NCBI GenBank assembly: GCA_965224245.1 | Contig: OZ245046.1 | Coordinates: forward strand, 4,064,001 to 4,128,000 | Length of the DNA stretch: 64,000 bases | Direction: 5' to 3' | Origin: Candidatus Eiseniibacteriota bacterium | Lineage (GTDB): Bacteria > Eisenbacteria > RBG-16-71-46 > CAZAMP01 | Shown: positions 19,538 to 28,460 of the stretch, piece by piece | Position numbering within the stretch: the first letter of the stretch is position 1 | Layout of the letters: each line of letters opens with the position of its first letter | Notes under the pieces: generated by a model | The model's database searches: none | Seen by the model: the letters and a program-made list of their open reading frames with translations, nothing else | Told to the model about the DNA's origin: nothing | Program-made: the position numbers and the translations under genes

Positions 19538-20425
19538 TCAGCGACCAGGAGGAGGGGGTGGACCCGGCAATGGATCATCGGCTGGGGAGCTCGTCCCGTC
19601 GTCCCCCGACAGCACGACCGCCGCGGCGTAGCTCAGGACCACGACCGCTGCCAGCTGGACATAGGGATCCTGCACGGCGCGTTTGACGGCTCCCGGAACC
19701 TCGTCGAGCTCGACCGCCATCGTCTGGAGAGATCGTCCGATCAGCACCGTCTCCTCGTACGGGACATGACCGTCCGCACTCGCCCGCACGATGTACTCTC
19801 CGCGCGGCAGCATGTCGACGACGACGGTCGAGTCGCCTTCGAACGTCAGAAGCGTGTCGCTCGGCGAGCCAAGCTCGTCCACAGCGACGAGCGCGATGCG
19901 CGATGGGATCGGCGTGATCGGTGACAACCGGAGCTCCCCCTGGAATCTCGGCGCCTGGTCGATGAAGTACTCGACCATCTCGGGCGGGGCCTGGCCGTTC
20001 TCCGCCGGCCGCAGTCGACGGAGCTCCCACCGCTCGAGACCGCGACGCACCAGCTCCTGGCCATCCTCGAGCCACTGGAACGCGGTCTCGACGTCGGGGT
20101 CTTCGCCGGATCGGTAGCGTCCGGCGTACATGAAGTGTGTCTTGATGAATGCAAGGTAGGCTCGCGAATAGCACTCGCTCTCGACCGGGGTCGATTCGAC
20201 GACATCCTTGAGCATCCGGTAGGCATCTCCATGCTGAGACGCCCGTAGCGCGTCCTCGGCCCGGTCGACGACGGTCTCGCAGGGCGCTGATCCGACGACC
20301 GCGTGCTCGGCGTCGGATGTCTCGTCTGCGGCCATCGAAGCCGACGCGATGCCGAGGAGCCACACCGCAACGATCGACGGTCGTACCGGCTGCGTCACGA
20401 CCTCCCCCCTGTGAGCATCCATCAA
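19538..20425 (-). CDS. Exported protein: helical/TPR-like N-terminus, PEGA/carboxypeptidase-regulatory-like domain, C-terminal hydrophobic segment and Pro-rich tail
   Basis: Signal-like segment IVAVWLLGIASASMA, PRGEYIVRASADGHVP, hydrophobic LAAVVVLSYAAAVVL, ending DDPLPGPPPPPGR. Confidence 0.6.
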   Translation of the reverse strand: MMDAHRGEVVTQPVRPSIVAVWLLGIASASMAADETSDAEHAVVGSAPCETVVDRAEDALRASQHGDAYRMLKDVVESTPVESECYSRAYLAFIKTHFMYAGRYRSGEDPDVETAFQWLEDGQELVRRGLERWELRRLRPAENGQAPPEMVEYFIDQAPRFQGELRLSPITPIPSRIALVAVDELGSPSDTLLTFEGDSTVVVDMLPRGEYIVRASADGHVPYEETVLIGRSLQTMAVELDEVPGAVKRAVQDPYVQLAAVVVLSYAAAVVLSGDDGTSSPADDPLPGPPPPPGR

Positions 20426-20490
20426 CGTCTTCCCCGTATTCTACGGTTCGCTACCGGCATCGTCAACGTTACGGACTTCGGCCAGCTCCG

Positions 20491-22392
20491 TCAGCCGCGG
20501 CGGAAGAGGCGCCCGAGCCAGCCCCCGGTGTTCCTGCGCTCCATCTCCTCGTTGACGAACTGGGCGAATGGCTCGGCGAAGAGGGCGTCGTCCTCGACCA
20601 GGCTCCGGGAGATCAGCTCGCGAACGATGAACTTCTGCGACTCGGGTACGCTCTTCCCGCGCGCGAGCTTGATCACGACCGAGCGTTGCCGCTCGTCGAG
20701 ATGGTCGAGTATGAAGCGGTAGTGGAACCGGGCCTCCTCGTAGAACCCGTGGCGGATCGCATCGAAGTCCGGCTGCTCGCTACCGGATCGAGAGGCCAGG
20801 CTGTCGAATGCATGCGCGCATGCGATCTGCAGATAGAAAGGCATCCGCCCGGCCAGGCTCAGAATCTGATCCGTGTACTGCGCGAGGGGTCGCCCTGCCG
20901 CGTGCGACGGCTCCCGGATGAGATACTCCGCCTCCTCCAGCGAAAACGCGGCGAGCCGGATGACGGAGAAGATGTTGAAGAACGGGGAATCGGACACCGC
21001 CTTGGTGTGACAGAGCGTTTGAAGATCGCTCGATGACGCCGTGACGTAGGCCACGTCGTACTGGTTGGCCAGCGCGCGCATGAACGCGAAAAAGTCCAGC
21101 TCGAAGCTCGCGTTCTGTGTGATCGCGCCGAACTCGTCGAACAGAATGGCGAGCTTGAAGCCCCCCTTTCCCAGCAGCGACACGAGCGACTTGATCCCAT
21201 CGAGGTCACACGTACAGGAGGAGATGTCGACCCGTCCCCGCAGCTCCAGCTGCACCATGTCGAGCAAGAGCCGGACGAACCCCGCGAGGTCCAGCTTCTG
21301 CCCCTGGAGATCGATGAACACCATGATCATGCGATCGGGGGCGGTCAGATACTGTGCCCTGAAGTGCCGCGAGTAGATCGCGTTCAACAGGGATGACTTC
21401 CCGCTTCTCATGTCGCCGACGATGGAGACCGACTGCGGCGTGTCCGCGTTGAGCCGCTCGAACACGAAGTGGAGCGCGTGTCGCCGCCCGACGAACTCCC
21501 GCGGATTCCGGATCGCCGATCGGCACAGGTAGGGATTGTCTCTCCGTCGCCCCGTGTCCCCGGGCGGAAAGGTCACGGTCGAGGCCAGCGACGCGTCTCC
21601 CTCCAGAGCCTCGAGGATCTCGGCCGCGGCCTCGATGCTCTGGAGTCGACTCTCGGGGTTCTTGTCGAGACACCGATTCACGAGATCGATCAATGCACCG
21701 GGCGCGTTCTGAATGTACTCGGACAGCGCGGACGGCTCACGGTGCACGATGTTGTAGAGCGTCGAGACCGCACGGTCACCGAGAAACGGGTTGACGCCGG
21801 TCAGCACCTCGTAGAGGAGCGTACCGAACGAGAAGACATCCGACAGCGTGGACACGGTCTCGCCCTTGACCTGCTCGGGTGACACGTAGGGGAACGTACC
21901 GGCCAGGTACTCGTCCTGGGAGATCGCCTGCAGATCGCGGGCCAGGCCGAGATCCAGGACCTTGACGACTCCGTCGCGGTTCACCATGACGTTCTTCGCC
22001 GAGAGGTCGCGATGGACGATCCCCCTCTCGTGGACGGCTCCGAGGCCGCGCGCGACCTGGAGCATCACGTGCACACCTTCGGCGAGCGTGGGTCGCCGTG
22101 CCTCCAGCATCGCCTGGAGCGTTTGCCCGTCCACGTACTCCATCACGATGTACGGCAAGTCGTTCTCGGTGCCGAGTCGGAACGTCTTCACGACGTTCGA
22201 GTGCTCGATCGCCGCCAGGATCCTCGCCTCGCGTTTGAGTCGCTCGAGCTGGGAGGCCTGCTCGGGCCTCAGCACCTTCACGGCGACGCGGCGCTCCAGT
22301 CCGATGTCCTCGCACAGGTGGACGATCCCGTAGCTGCCCTCACCCAGGGTCTCGATGATGCGATAGTCACGATCGATGACGCGGTCGCTCAT
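20491..22392 (-). CDS. Hanks-type Ser/Thr kinase fused to a C-terminal STAND-like AAA ATPase
   Basis: Kinase motifs GEGSYG, VAVK, HRDLSAKN, DLG, YVSPE. ATPase motifs NPY..., FVGR, Walker A GDMRSGKSS, Walker B LFDEF, GRMPFYLQ. Confidence 0.88.
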   Translation of the reverse strand: MSDRVIDRDYRIIETLGEGSYGIVHLCEDIGLERRVAVKVLRPEQASQLERLKREARILAAIEHSNVVKTFRLGTENDLPYIVMEYVDGQTLQAMLEARRPTLAEGVHVMLQVARGLGAVHERGIVHRDLSAKNVMVNRDGVVKVLDLGLARDLQAISQDEYLAGTFPYVSPEQVKGETVSTLSDVFSFGTLLYEVLTGVNPFLGDRAVSTLYNIVHREPSALSEYIQNAPGALIDLVNRCLDKNPESRLQSIEAAAEILEALEGDASLASTVTFPPGDTGRRRDNPYLCRSAIRNPREFVGRRHALHFVFERLNADTPQSVSIVGDMRSGKSSLLNAIYSRHFRAQYLTAPDRMIMVFIDLQGQKLDLAGFVRLLLDMVQLELRGRVDISSCTCDLDGIKSLVSLLGKGGFKLAILFDEFGAITQNASFELDFFAFMRALANQYDVAYVTASSSDLQTLCHTKAVSDSPFFNIFSVIRLAAFSLEEAEYLIREPSHAAGRPLAQYTDQILSLAGRMPFYLQIACAHAFDSLASRSGSEQPDFDAIRHGFYEEARFHYRFILDHLDERQRSVVIKLARGKSVPESQKFIVRELISRSLVEDDALFAEPFAQFVNEEMERRNTGGWLGRLFRRG

Positions 22393-24575
22393 GGCGCTCC
22401 TCTTTCCGACTCGACTGACGTCGGTTCACGGCTCGTGACCGCCCTCTCGTCCGTGCTCCAGTGAACGAGCTCGCCCGACTCGACGTCGAATGGATGTGTC
22501 TCGCGTGTCGGCGGCTGTCCTGGATACTCGACGGTGATCGTATGCGAACCGGGATCGACCTCGAAGGGCCGGTCGAGATTGCTATAGTTGGAGCGCACGA
22601 TCGGCACCGGATCGTCATCGAGATAGGCCGACACGATCGAGTCGCCCTCGACGACGAGATAGGACTTCGGAACCTCCGAGAGCGTGTATGTCAGCGTCAC
22701 GTCCTGCGTGACGTCGACGACCTCCGTCCGTGGCACGAACCCCGCCGCCGTCACCTCGACCGTGTGCGTGCCATAGGGGACGTCCGAGAACGTGACCGGA
22801 GCAACACGTCGATCGCCGTCCAGGGCAACGGTCGCATTCGGCGGAGTGGTGCGCACGCTGACCTCCAGCCGGATGGGGCTGAGCGGAATCTCGACCTCGG
22901 TACGCTGCCGGAGGTCGATGGACTGCCCCCGCGGCTCGTAGCCCATCATCTCGGCACGGACCGTCGTCTCCGCAAGCAGCCACAGCGAATCGACGCCGAC
23001 CGGACTCGGCCCAATCATCTGTCCGTTCACGAAGACGGTCGCTCCGGTCGGCCGGGTCCGGATCTGGAGCGACACCAGGGTCTCCGGCAGCGAGATGCGC
23101 ACCTCGGCGGTGTCGCGTGCGACGAGGGTCACACTCTCGTCTCGACTCTCATAGCCCTCGGCCGACGCGTGAACCACGTAGTCACCGGCTTCGAGGCTCG
23201 CCTGTAGAAAGCCCGTCGATTGTCTCCCGTCACAGCTGATCGTGGCGTGCTCGGGGAGAACGTGGGCACGAAGCGTCGCGTACGCCTGTAGGATCTCGGG
23301 GCCGTTGTGGTCTTGTCTCGTGACGATGTAGCCGACCGCTCCGATCGCGGCCAGTGAGAGGATCGTTGCCGCCGCGATCAACGGTAGCGGAGTCCGGCGA
23401 CCGCTGCGCATCTTGAGCTCGCTGATGACCTGATAGACGGAGTGGGCTCGACGTATCCACTCGCGCCAGAGATCCATGCGGAAGGCGAAGGCTCCGTCCC
23501 GATCCTTGGTCAGAAAGTCCCTCTTCCAAAGGCCTTCCAGCGTGACCGCGATGTCGTGCTTCGAGAGGCGGATGACGTACGCCTTGCTCCGAAGATAGTC
23601 GTGGATCGTCGGCGCCGTCGACACCTCGGACGGGTCGTTCAGAACCTCGGCCAGCAGCGCCAGCGTCTGCTTCTCGTTCACGGCGAGCCCGTCCCACAGG
23701 AACGTCATCTGCGGATACGGGTTGTCGAGAATCGTGTGGACCACCCGTTCGATCAGGGCATGGGTCACGACGCGGCTCCTGGCCACGTTCAGCTGATCGA
23801 CGAGGCTCTGACAGATGGCCTGCGTGTAGAACGGCTGCCCCGCGGTGAGGCGTACGATGAAGTCAACCGTTCCGGGCTCGTACTCCGCCCGATTTGCGAT
23901 CGGCTCGATGATGAGGCGCTCGGTGTCGCGCCGGGTCAGGTAGCTGATCTTCCGGTACGTCGACTTCCCGATGAAGTGCTGCGCGTGACGACCCATCCGT
24001 CGTCGCTCGAGGTCGTGGGACCCGGTGAAGACGACGTACAGGGAGTGCTGCTCCATCAGCGACGACAGAACGCCGAGGACGTCATCGCTGATGACCCCGG
24101 TCTCGATCTTGGCGTCCAGGAGCTCGAACTCGTCGACCAGGAGAATGAGATTGAAGTCGGGGTTCCGCACCACGACCTCTCGGACGAAGTCGTGGAAGAC
24201 CTGGGCGGCCGGCGTCCCGCTGGAGAAGTCGTGGGTCGGAACCTGGTGTCGCGCCGGGTCGAGCGACGATCGCACCTCGTCGGCCACCCGTTCCAGGAAG
24301 CCTCGTTCGTTGCGGACGACCATCGACTGCATGTCGATCAGGACGGGAATGAACGTCGGACCGAGGCGCCCGGCCTGCACCTGGAACAGGATCGACGTCT
24401 TCCCGCTGCGCCGCTCCCCGCACAGGACGATGAACCCACCCAGGGAGTTCTCGCCCCTGAAGCGACTTCGGATGAGCTCGAACTCGTCCTTGCGACCGAA
24501 GAACATCTCCTTGTCGCGAATCGGGTTCCCCACCACGTAGGGGTTCGGCGAGATCGGCTTGAACATCTCGGACAT
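22389..24575 (-). CDS. STAND-like AAA ATPase with single TM helix and C-terminal PEGA repeats
   Basis: NPYVVGNPI, FFGR, Walker A GERRSGKTS, Walker B LVDEFE, AGQPFYTQ. TM LIAAATILSLAAIGAVGYIV. PEGA-like units TRPTGATVFVNG and TTPPNATVALDG. Confidence 0.85.
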   Translation of the reverse strand: MSEMFKPISPNPYVVGNPIRDKEMFFGRKDEFELIRSRFRGENSLGGFIVLCGERRSGKTSILFQVQAGRLGPTFIPVLIDMQSMVVRNERGFLERVADEVRSSLDPARHQVPTHDFSSGTPAAQVFHDFVREVVVRNPDFNLILLVDEFELLDAKIETGVISDDVLGVLSSLMEQHSLYVVFTGSHDLERRRMGRHAQHFIGKSTYRKISYLTRRDTERLIIEPIANRAEYEPGTVDFIVRLTAGQPFYTQAICQSLVDQLNVARSRVVTHALIERVVHTILDNPYPQMTFLWDGLAVNEKQTLALLAEVLNDPSEVSTAPTIHDYLRSKAYVIRLSKHDIAVTLEGLWKRDFLTKDRDGAFAFRMDLWREWIRRAHSVYQVISELKMRSGRRTPLPLIAAATILSLAAIGAVGYIVTRQDHNGPEILQAYATLRAHVLPEHATISCDGRQSTGFLQASLEAGDYVVHASAEGYESRDESVTLVARDTAEVRISLPETLVSLQIRTRPTGATVFVNGQMIGPSPVGVDSLWLLAETTVRAEMMGYEPRGQSIDLRQRTEVEIPLSPIRLEVSVRTTPPNATVALDGDRRVAPVTFSDVPYGTHTVEVTAAGFVPRTEVVDVTQDVTLTYTLSEVPKSYLVVEGDSIVSAYLDDDPVPIVRSNYSNLDRPFEVDPGSHTITVEYPGQPPTRETHPFDVESGELVHWSTDERAVTSREPTSVESERGAP

Positions 24576-24596
24576 CTCTCGCGCACCCTCGCTTCC

Positions 24597-26699
24597 CTAC
24601 GACGCACCGTGCAGATCGGAGAGCTTGATCCGCACGGAGTCGTGCGCTCGCCTGAGCTCCTCCACAACGTCCCCGGTCGGGCGATCCTCGACCTCGACCA
24701 GGCGTGCGCCGAGCAGAACCCACAGCACCTCTCTCACGTCCCTGGGGAGAATACTCGCCAGAAACTCCAGCGCGACACCTTTGAGAGCCTGATCGGCGCC
24801 ATGGATGCCGTGGAAGGCGATCCGGAGCGGCTCCTGATCGTGACAGAACGACAGAAGCGCAAACACGTGCTGAAGGCTCCTACCCACGCGCGCGTCGAGC
24901 CCGGCCATGTCGAAGGGATGGTTACCGGCGTGCTCGAGAACTCGTCGGGCGCGCCAGATTCGCTCGGACACGACCACCTCCGCCCGCACCCAATCCAGCA
25001 CGCACTCCCAGGGTGTGTCGATGTCGACACCGCGCTCTCGCATCCGCGACAGTGCGCTGGCGCTCTGGAAGCGAAGCTCGAATTCGGGCAACGACAACGC
25101 CTCACGAAGTCCAACGACTGCCAGTCGCGTCGAGGCGTCCGCGAGCAGGCGAGGGATGCGACGGCGGATCACGATGTCCACGCTGCCGTCGAGCAGCAAG
25201 TCCACGACGTGGCCGGAGATCTCGTCCACCGTCGCTCGGAGTGCCGCGAGGGCCTCGTCGGCGACGGGATCCCAGCCGATCAGGGGTACGGCGGCGATCG
25301 CCTCGTGACGCGTCAGCGGCTCCCCCTCCAGCGCCTGTCGCACGAGACCCTCGTCACCCGACTGAAGCGCGGCCACACGATCGGCGGCGAGCCTGAGAAG
25401 CGGCGCGTCGTGTCCCACGCTCGCAATCGACGAGCCGGCGCGGAAACGGGGCGAATGCCCTCGCCACTCGGTGGACAGTCGATCCAGCAGGGCCGCTGGA
25501 TGGTGCCGGCGAAGGTGTCGGATGAGCCAGAGCGACCACGCGGCGGCGGCCGCGGAGAGCAGCATGACCCCGACGCTGCTCCGGGACCCGAACCCGGCCA
25601 CGATCAGCGCCACCACCGCACCGCCGGCCAGGCGGCCGATCTGCTCGCCGCCGACGTCCAGCATCACCTTGATCGACTGGCGATCGCCGACCCTGAGTGC
25701 ACCGTGGAGCTGCTCGCATCCCGGACGGTGAAACGCGTTGCGGAGGCTCCGGGTAACCAGACGCGTCGCCGTCGCGAGCGCGAGCGTCGGCTGCATCGCG
25801 ATCGCGAGCCCTCCCATGACGATCGACACCGGCAACACGGTCACCGCGCGAGCCGGTCCCATCCGATCGACCGCACGATCGGTCACCGAGAGCTGCACGA
25901 TCAGGGCGAGGACGTCGGACGCCACGTAGAAGATCAGGAAGAACCGCGTCAGCGCCTCGGGGCCGCGGATGCTGGCAGCAGCCTCGGTCCGGAATACGAA
26001 GTCCACCCCGGTGAGAGCGATTGACACCAGCACGGCGCTGGCTCCCAGCACTCGCGGGTAGGGGCTGTCGACCATCGCGCGCAGCCATCCCCGGTAGCCG
26101 GCTTCGATGTCCGGGTCCTGATCGACGCCCGCCGCTCCATGTCGCTTCAGGACGAAGCCGACTCCGAGTCCGCTGAGGAGGTGCAGCACGGCCAGCGCGA
26201 GAAGAAGGACGTTCCAGGCCGCGACGTCGGTGACGCGGGTGGTGATCACGGCGCCGGACACGCTGCCGAGCGACGCGGTGGCGGCGATGACGCCCATCCG
26301 TCGGCGCGCGGTGTCGAGATCCAGCACATCGGTCACGAGTGACCACACGAGGCTGATCAGGAACGGGATCAGGATCGTGACGTGGCTGAACAGTACGATC
26401 GTCACGACGTGTGGAACGGCGTCGATCAGGGTGCCTTCCACGGCGAACAGCACGGCACTGAAGACGTAGAGCCAGGCCAGGTGTGCCTGCCGGGCGGCGG
26501 ACGAGACGTGACGCGCGACCACGATCGCGCTCACCAGCGTCGCCGCGGCCGACCCCGCGATCAGCGTCGGCAGCAGCGACGCGTCGAAGGACGAAAAGAA
26601 CGCGGAGTCGCGAACGGCCTTGGCAACGACCTGAGCAGCGGACAGCAGCGTCACCGATGCCACGAGTGCCCAGAGCGCTTGTCGCCGACCACCGACCAT
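24597..26699 (-). CDS. Npt1/Tlc-like (NTT, MFS) transporter with C-terminal HEAT repeats
   Basis: KAVRDSAF, W...DV.D...ARR.MG.I....SLG, RQSIKVMLD, about 12 TM segments. HEAT-like IRRRIPRLL...LRFQSASALSR. Confidence 0.72.
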   Translation of the reverse strand: MVGGRRQALWALVASVTLLSAAQVVAKAVRDSAFFSSFDASLLPTLIAGSAAATLVSAIVVARHVSSAARQAHLAWLYVFSAVLFAVEGTLIDAVPHVVTIVLFSHVTILIPFLISLVWSLVTDVLDLDTARRRMGVIAATASLGSVSGAVITTRVTDVAAWNVLLLALAVLHLLSGLGVGFVLKRHGAAGVDQDPDIEAGYRGWLRAMVDSPYPRVLGASAVLVSIALTGVDFVFRTEAAASIRGPEALTRFFLIFYVASDVLALIVQLSVTDRAVDRMGPARAVTVLPVSIVMGGLAIAMQPTLALATATRLVTRSLRNAFHRPGCEQLHGALRVGDRQSIKVMLDVGGEQIGRLAGGAVVALIVAGFGSRSSVGVMLLSAAAAAWSLWLIRHLRRHHPAALLDRLSTEWRGHSPRFRAGSSIASVGHDAPLLRLAADRVAALQSGDEGLVRQALEGEPLTRHEAIAAVPLIGWDPVADEALAALRATVDEISGHVVDLLLDGSVDIVIRRRIPRLLADASTRLAVVGLREALSLPEFELRFQSASALSRMRERGVDIDTPWECVLDWVRAEVVVSERIWRARRVLEHAGNHPFDMAGLDARVGRSLQHVFALLSFCHDQEPLRIAFHGIHGADQALKGVALEFLASILPRDVREVLWVLLGARLVEVEDRPTGDVVEELRRAHDSVRIKLSDLHGAS

Positions 26700-26786
26700 T
26701 CGCTCGCTCTTTCCGACCGGCGCACCGATCAGGCGACAGGATTGGAACATCGCGACACTTGCGCCAAAGTCGTAGTATACGGCCCT

Positions 26787-27287
26787 ATGCGAGACCATCA
26801 CAACCTGGGGCAGATGACATACGACGAGCTGCGACGCGTCGCGTCCCGGCTGCTCGATCGCGAGGGCGCGACGCGACTCAGCACGGCCGACGTCGTGCAC
26901 GAGGTCTGGATCCGACTCAGCTCCCAGACGTCATCGACGATCCGCGACCGTGAGCACTTCGTGGCGATCGCAGCCCTGGCGATGCGTCGCTACCTCGTCG
27001 ACGAAGCGAGGCGCAGAAAGGCCGCCAAGCGAAACGCGATCGTCGTCCCGATCGACGATCTGCATGACGCGCTCGGGTCGCCCCGGCAGGACGTGAACGT
27101 GCTGGACCTCGATGACGCTCTCTCGCAGCTCGAGTCGACCGAGCCCGAACTCTCGGAGGTCCTCCTCCTTCGCTGCTTCGCCGGGCTGACGCTCGATGAA
27201 ACCGCGTCGACACTGGGTACGACGACCGGCGCCGCGGGCGCGCGCTGGAGGAAGGCCAAGCGACGTCTCGCGGAGTTGCTCGCCTAG
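26787..27287 (+). CDS. ECF sigma factor of the kinase-associated (TIGR02999-like) type
   Basis: YDELRRVA, STADVVHEVWIRL, REHFVAIAALAMRRYLVDEARRRKAAKR, LRCFAGLTLDETA. Confidence 0.88.
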   Translation: MRDHHNLGQMTYDELRRVASRLLDREGATRLSTADVVHEVWIRLSSQTSSTIRDREHFVAIAALAMRRYLVDEARRRKAAKRNAIVVPIDDLHDALGSPRQDVNVLDLDDALSQLESTEPELSEVLLLRCFAGLTLDETASTLGTTTGAAGARWRKAKRRLAELLA

Positions 27288-28264
27288 GTGACCCGCAACC
27301 GAGCGAGACGGCCAGCCACTACCTGAAGCCCCAGTCGTAGGCGGGGTACCACGGTCGCTCCGGTGCAGCATCGCAGGTCGGCCAGGAACGCGCCGGCGTT
27401 CGGATGGCGCGCAGCGGGAGCCTTCGCGGTGGCCCGCGCCAGTACCGCGCGGAGCAGTCTTCCCCGGATGCCGCCGGAGCCCGGTCCTGGGGCCGGATCG
27501 CGCGTGATCGCGACGATGAGCTCGTTCGGCGTCGGGCTCGTCAGACCGTAGGGCGGCCGCCCGGAGAGCACCTCGTGACAGATGACACCGAGCGAGTAGA
27601 CATCGGTGGCTGGGCCCACGAGCCGGCCTTCGACCTGCTCGGGGCTCATGTAGGCCAGCGTCCCGATGAGATCTCCCTGACGGGTCAGATGGGGTGAGCG
27701 GCTGCGACGCTCCGCCGGACGGGCTACCCCGAAGTCGATGATGCACGGGGTGTCGTCGGCTCGCCGGACGAGCACGTTCTCCGGCTTCAGATCCCGGTGC
27801 ACGATGCCGCGGGTGTGTGCGTACGCGACGCCGGAGACCATCCCGAGCAACACGTCGAGACGCCGGTCGCTCGACGGGGCCTCGTTCAACCATGCGCGAA
27901 GCGAAGCGCCCTCCACGTAGTCCAGAACGATGTACGCGCGCGGTCCGCGCGTCGTGGCCACCACGCCCGAGCCGAGGACGCCGACGACGTTGGGATGGGA
28001 GAGGTTCGTCAGGAGACGTGCCTCCCGCTCGAAGCGTTTGCGTGTGACCGAGGGGGCGATGGGCGTCGAGAGGACCTTGATCGCGACGACACCGTCCGGG
28101 CCGTGGGCGCGGTACACGGTGCTGCTCGCGCCGAGGCCCAGGATCTCGCCGACGCGGTAGGGTCCGACGTCGGGCGACTTCAGGAACCCGTCGATCGTCT
28201 CCGGTCCTGCGTCGCGGCGGCCGGGGTCTGCGCCCGTCGTCTCGATGTTCCGCGTCTCGGTCAT
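27284..28264 (-). CDS. Ser/Thr protein kinase, catalytic domain only
   Basis: GLGASSTVY, VAIK, HRDLKPEN, DFG, GTLAYMSPE, DVYSLG. Confidence 0.9.
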   Translation of the reverse strand: MTETRNIETTGADPGRRDAGPETIDGFLKSPDVGPYRVGEILGLGASSTVYRAHGPDGVVAIKVLSTPIAPSVTRKRFEREARLLTNLSHPNVVGVLGSGVVATTRGPRAYIVLDYVEGASLRAWLNEAPSSDRRLDVLLGMVSGVAYAHTRGIVHRDLKPENVLVRRADDTPCIIDFGVARPAERRSRSPHLTRQGDLIGTLAYMSPEQVEGRLVGPATDVYSLGVICHEVLSGRPPYGLTSPTPNELIVAITRDPAPGPGSGGIRGRLLRAVLARATAKAPAARHPNAGAFLADLRCCTGATVVPRLRLGLQVVAGRLARLRVT

Positions 28265-28460
28265 GTCGGCCTCCGGTCGGCGGGCGTGTCGGGCGATCGG
28301 GTCGTCATCATCAGCTACGCCGCCAGATGCCCGGAGTTCCCTACTTTCGTCGTGTATGCGCCTCCAGTGGTGCTTGAGGGCGTCTGGCCGCGCCGATTAC
28401 ACTGACGGGCCGACGAAGTCGTTTCGTGGTCCGTTGGATTTGCATGCCCTGGAGCGATTG

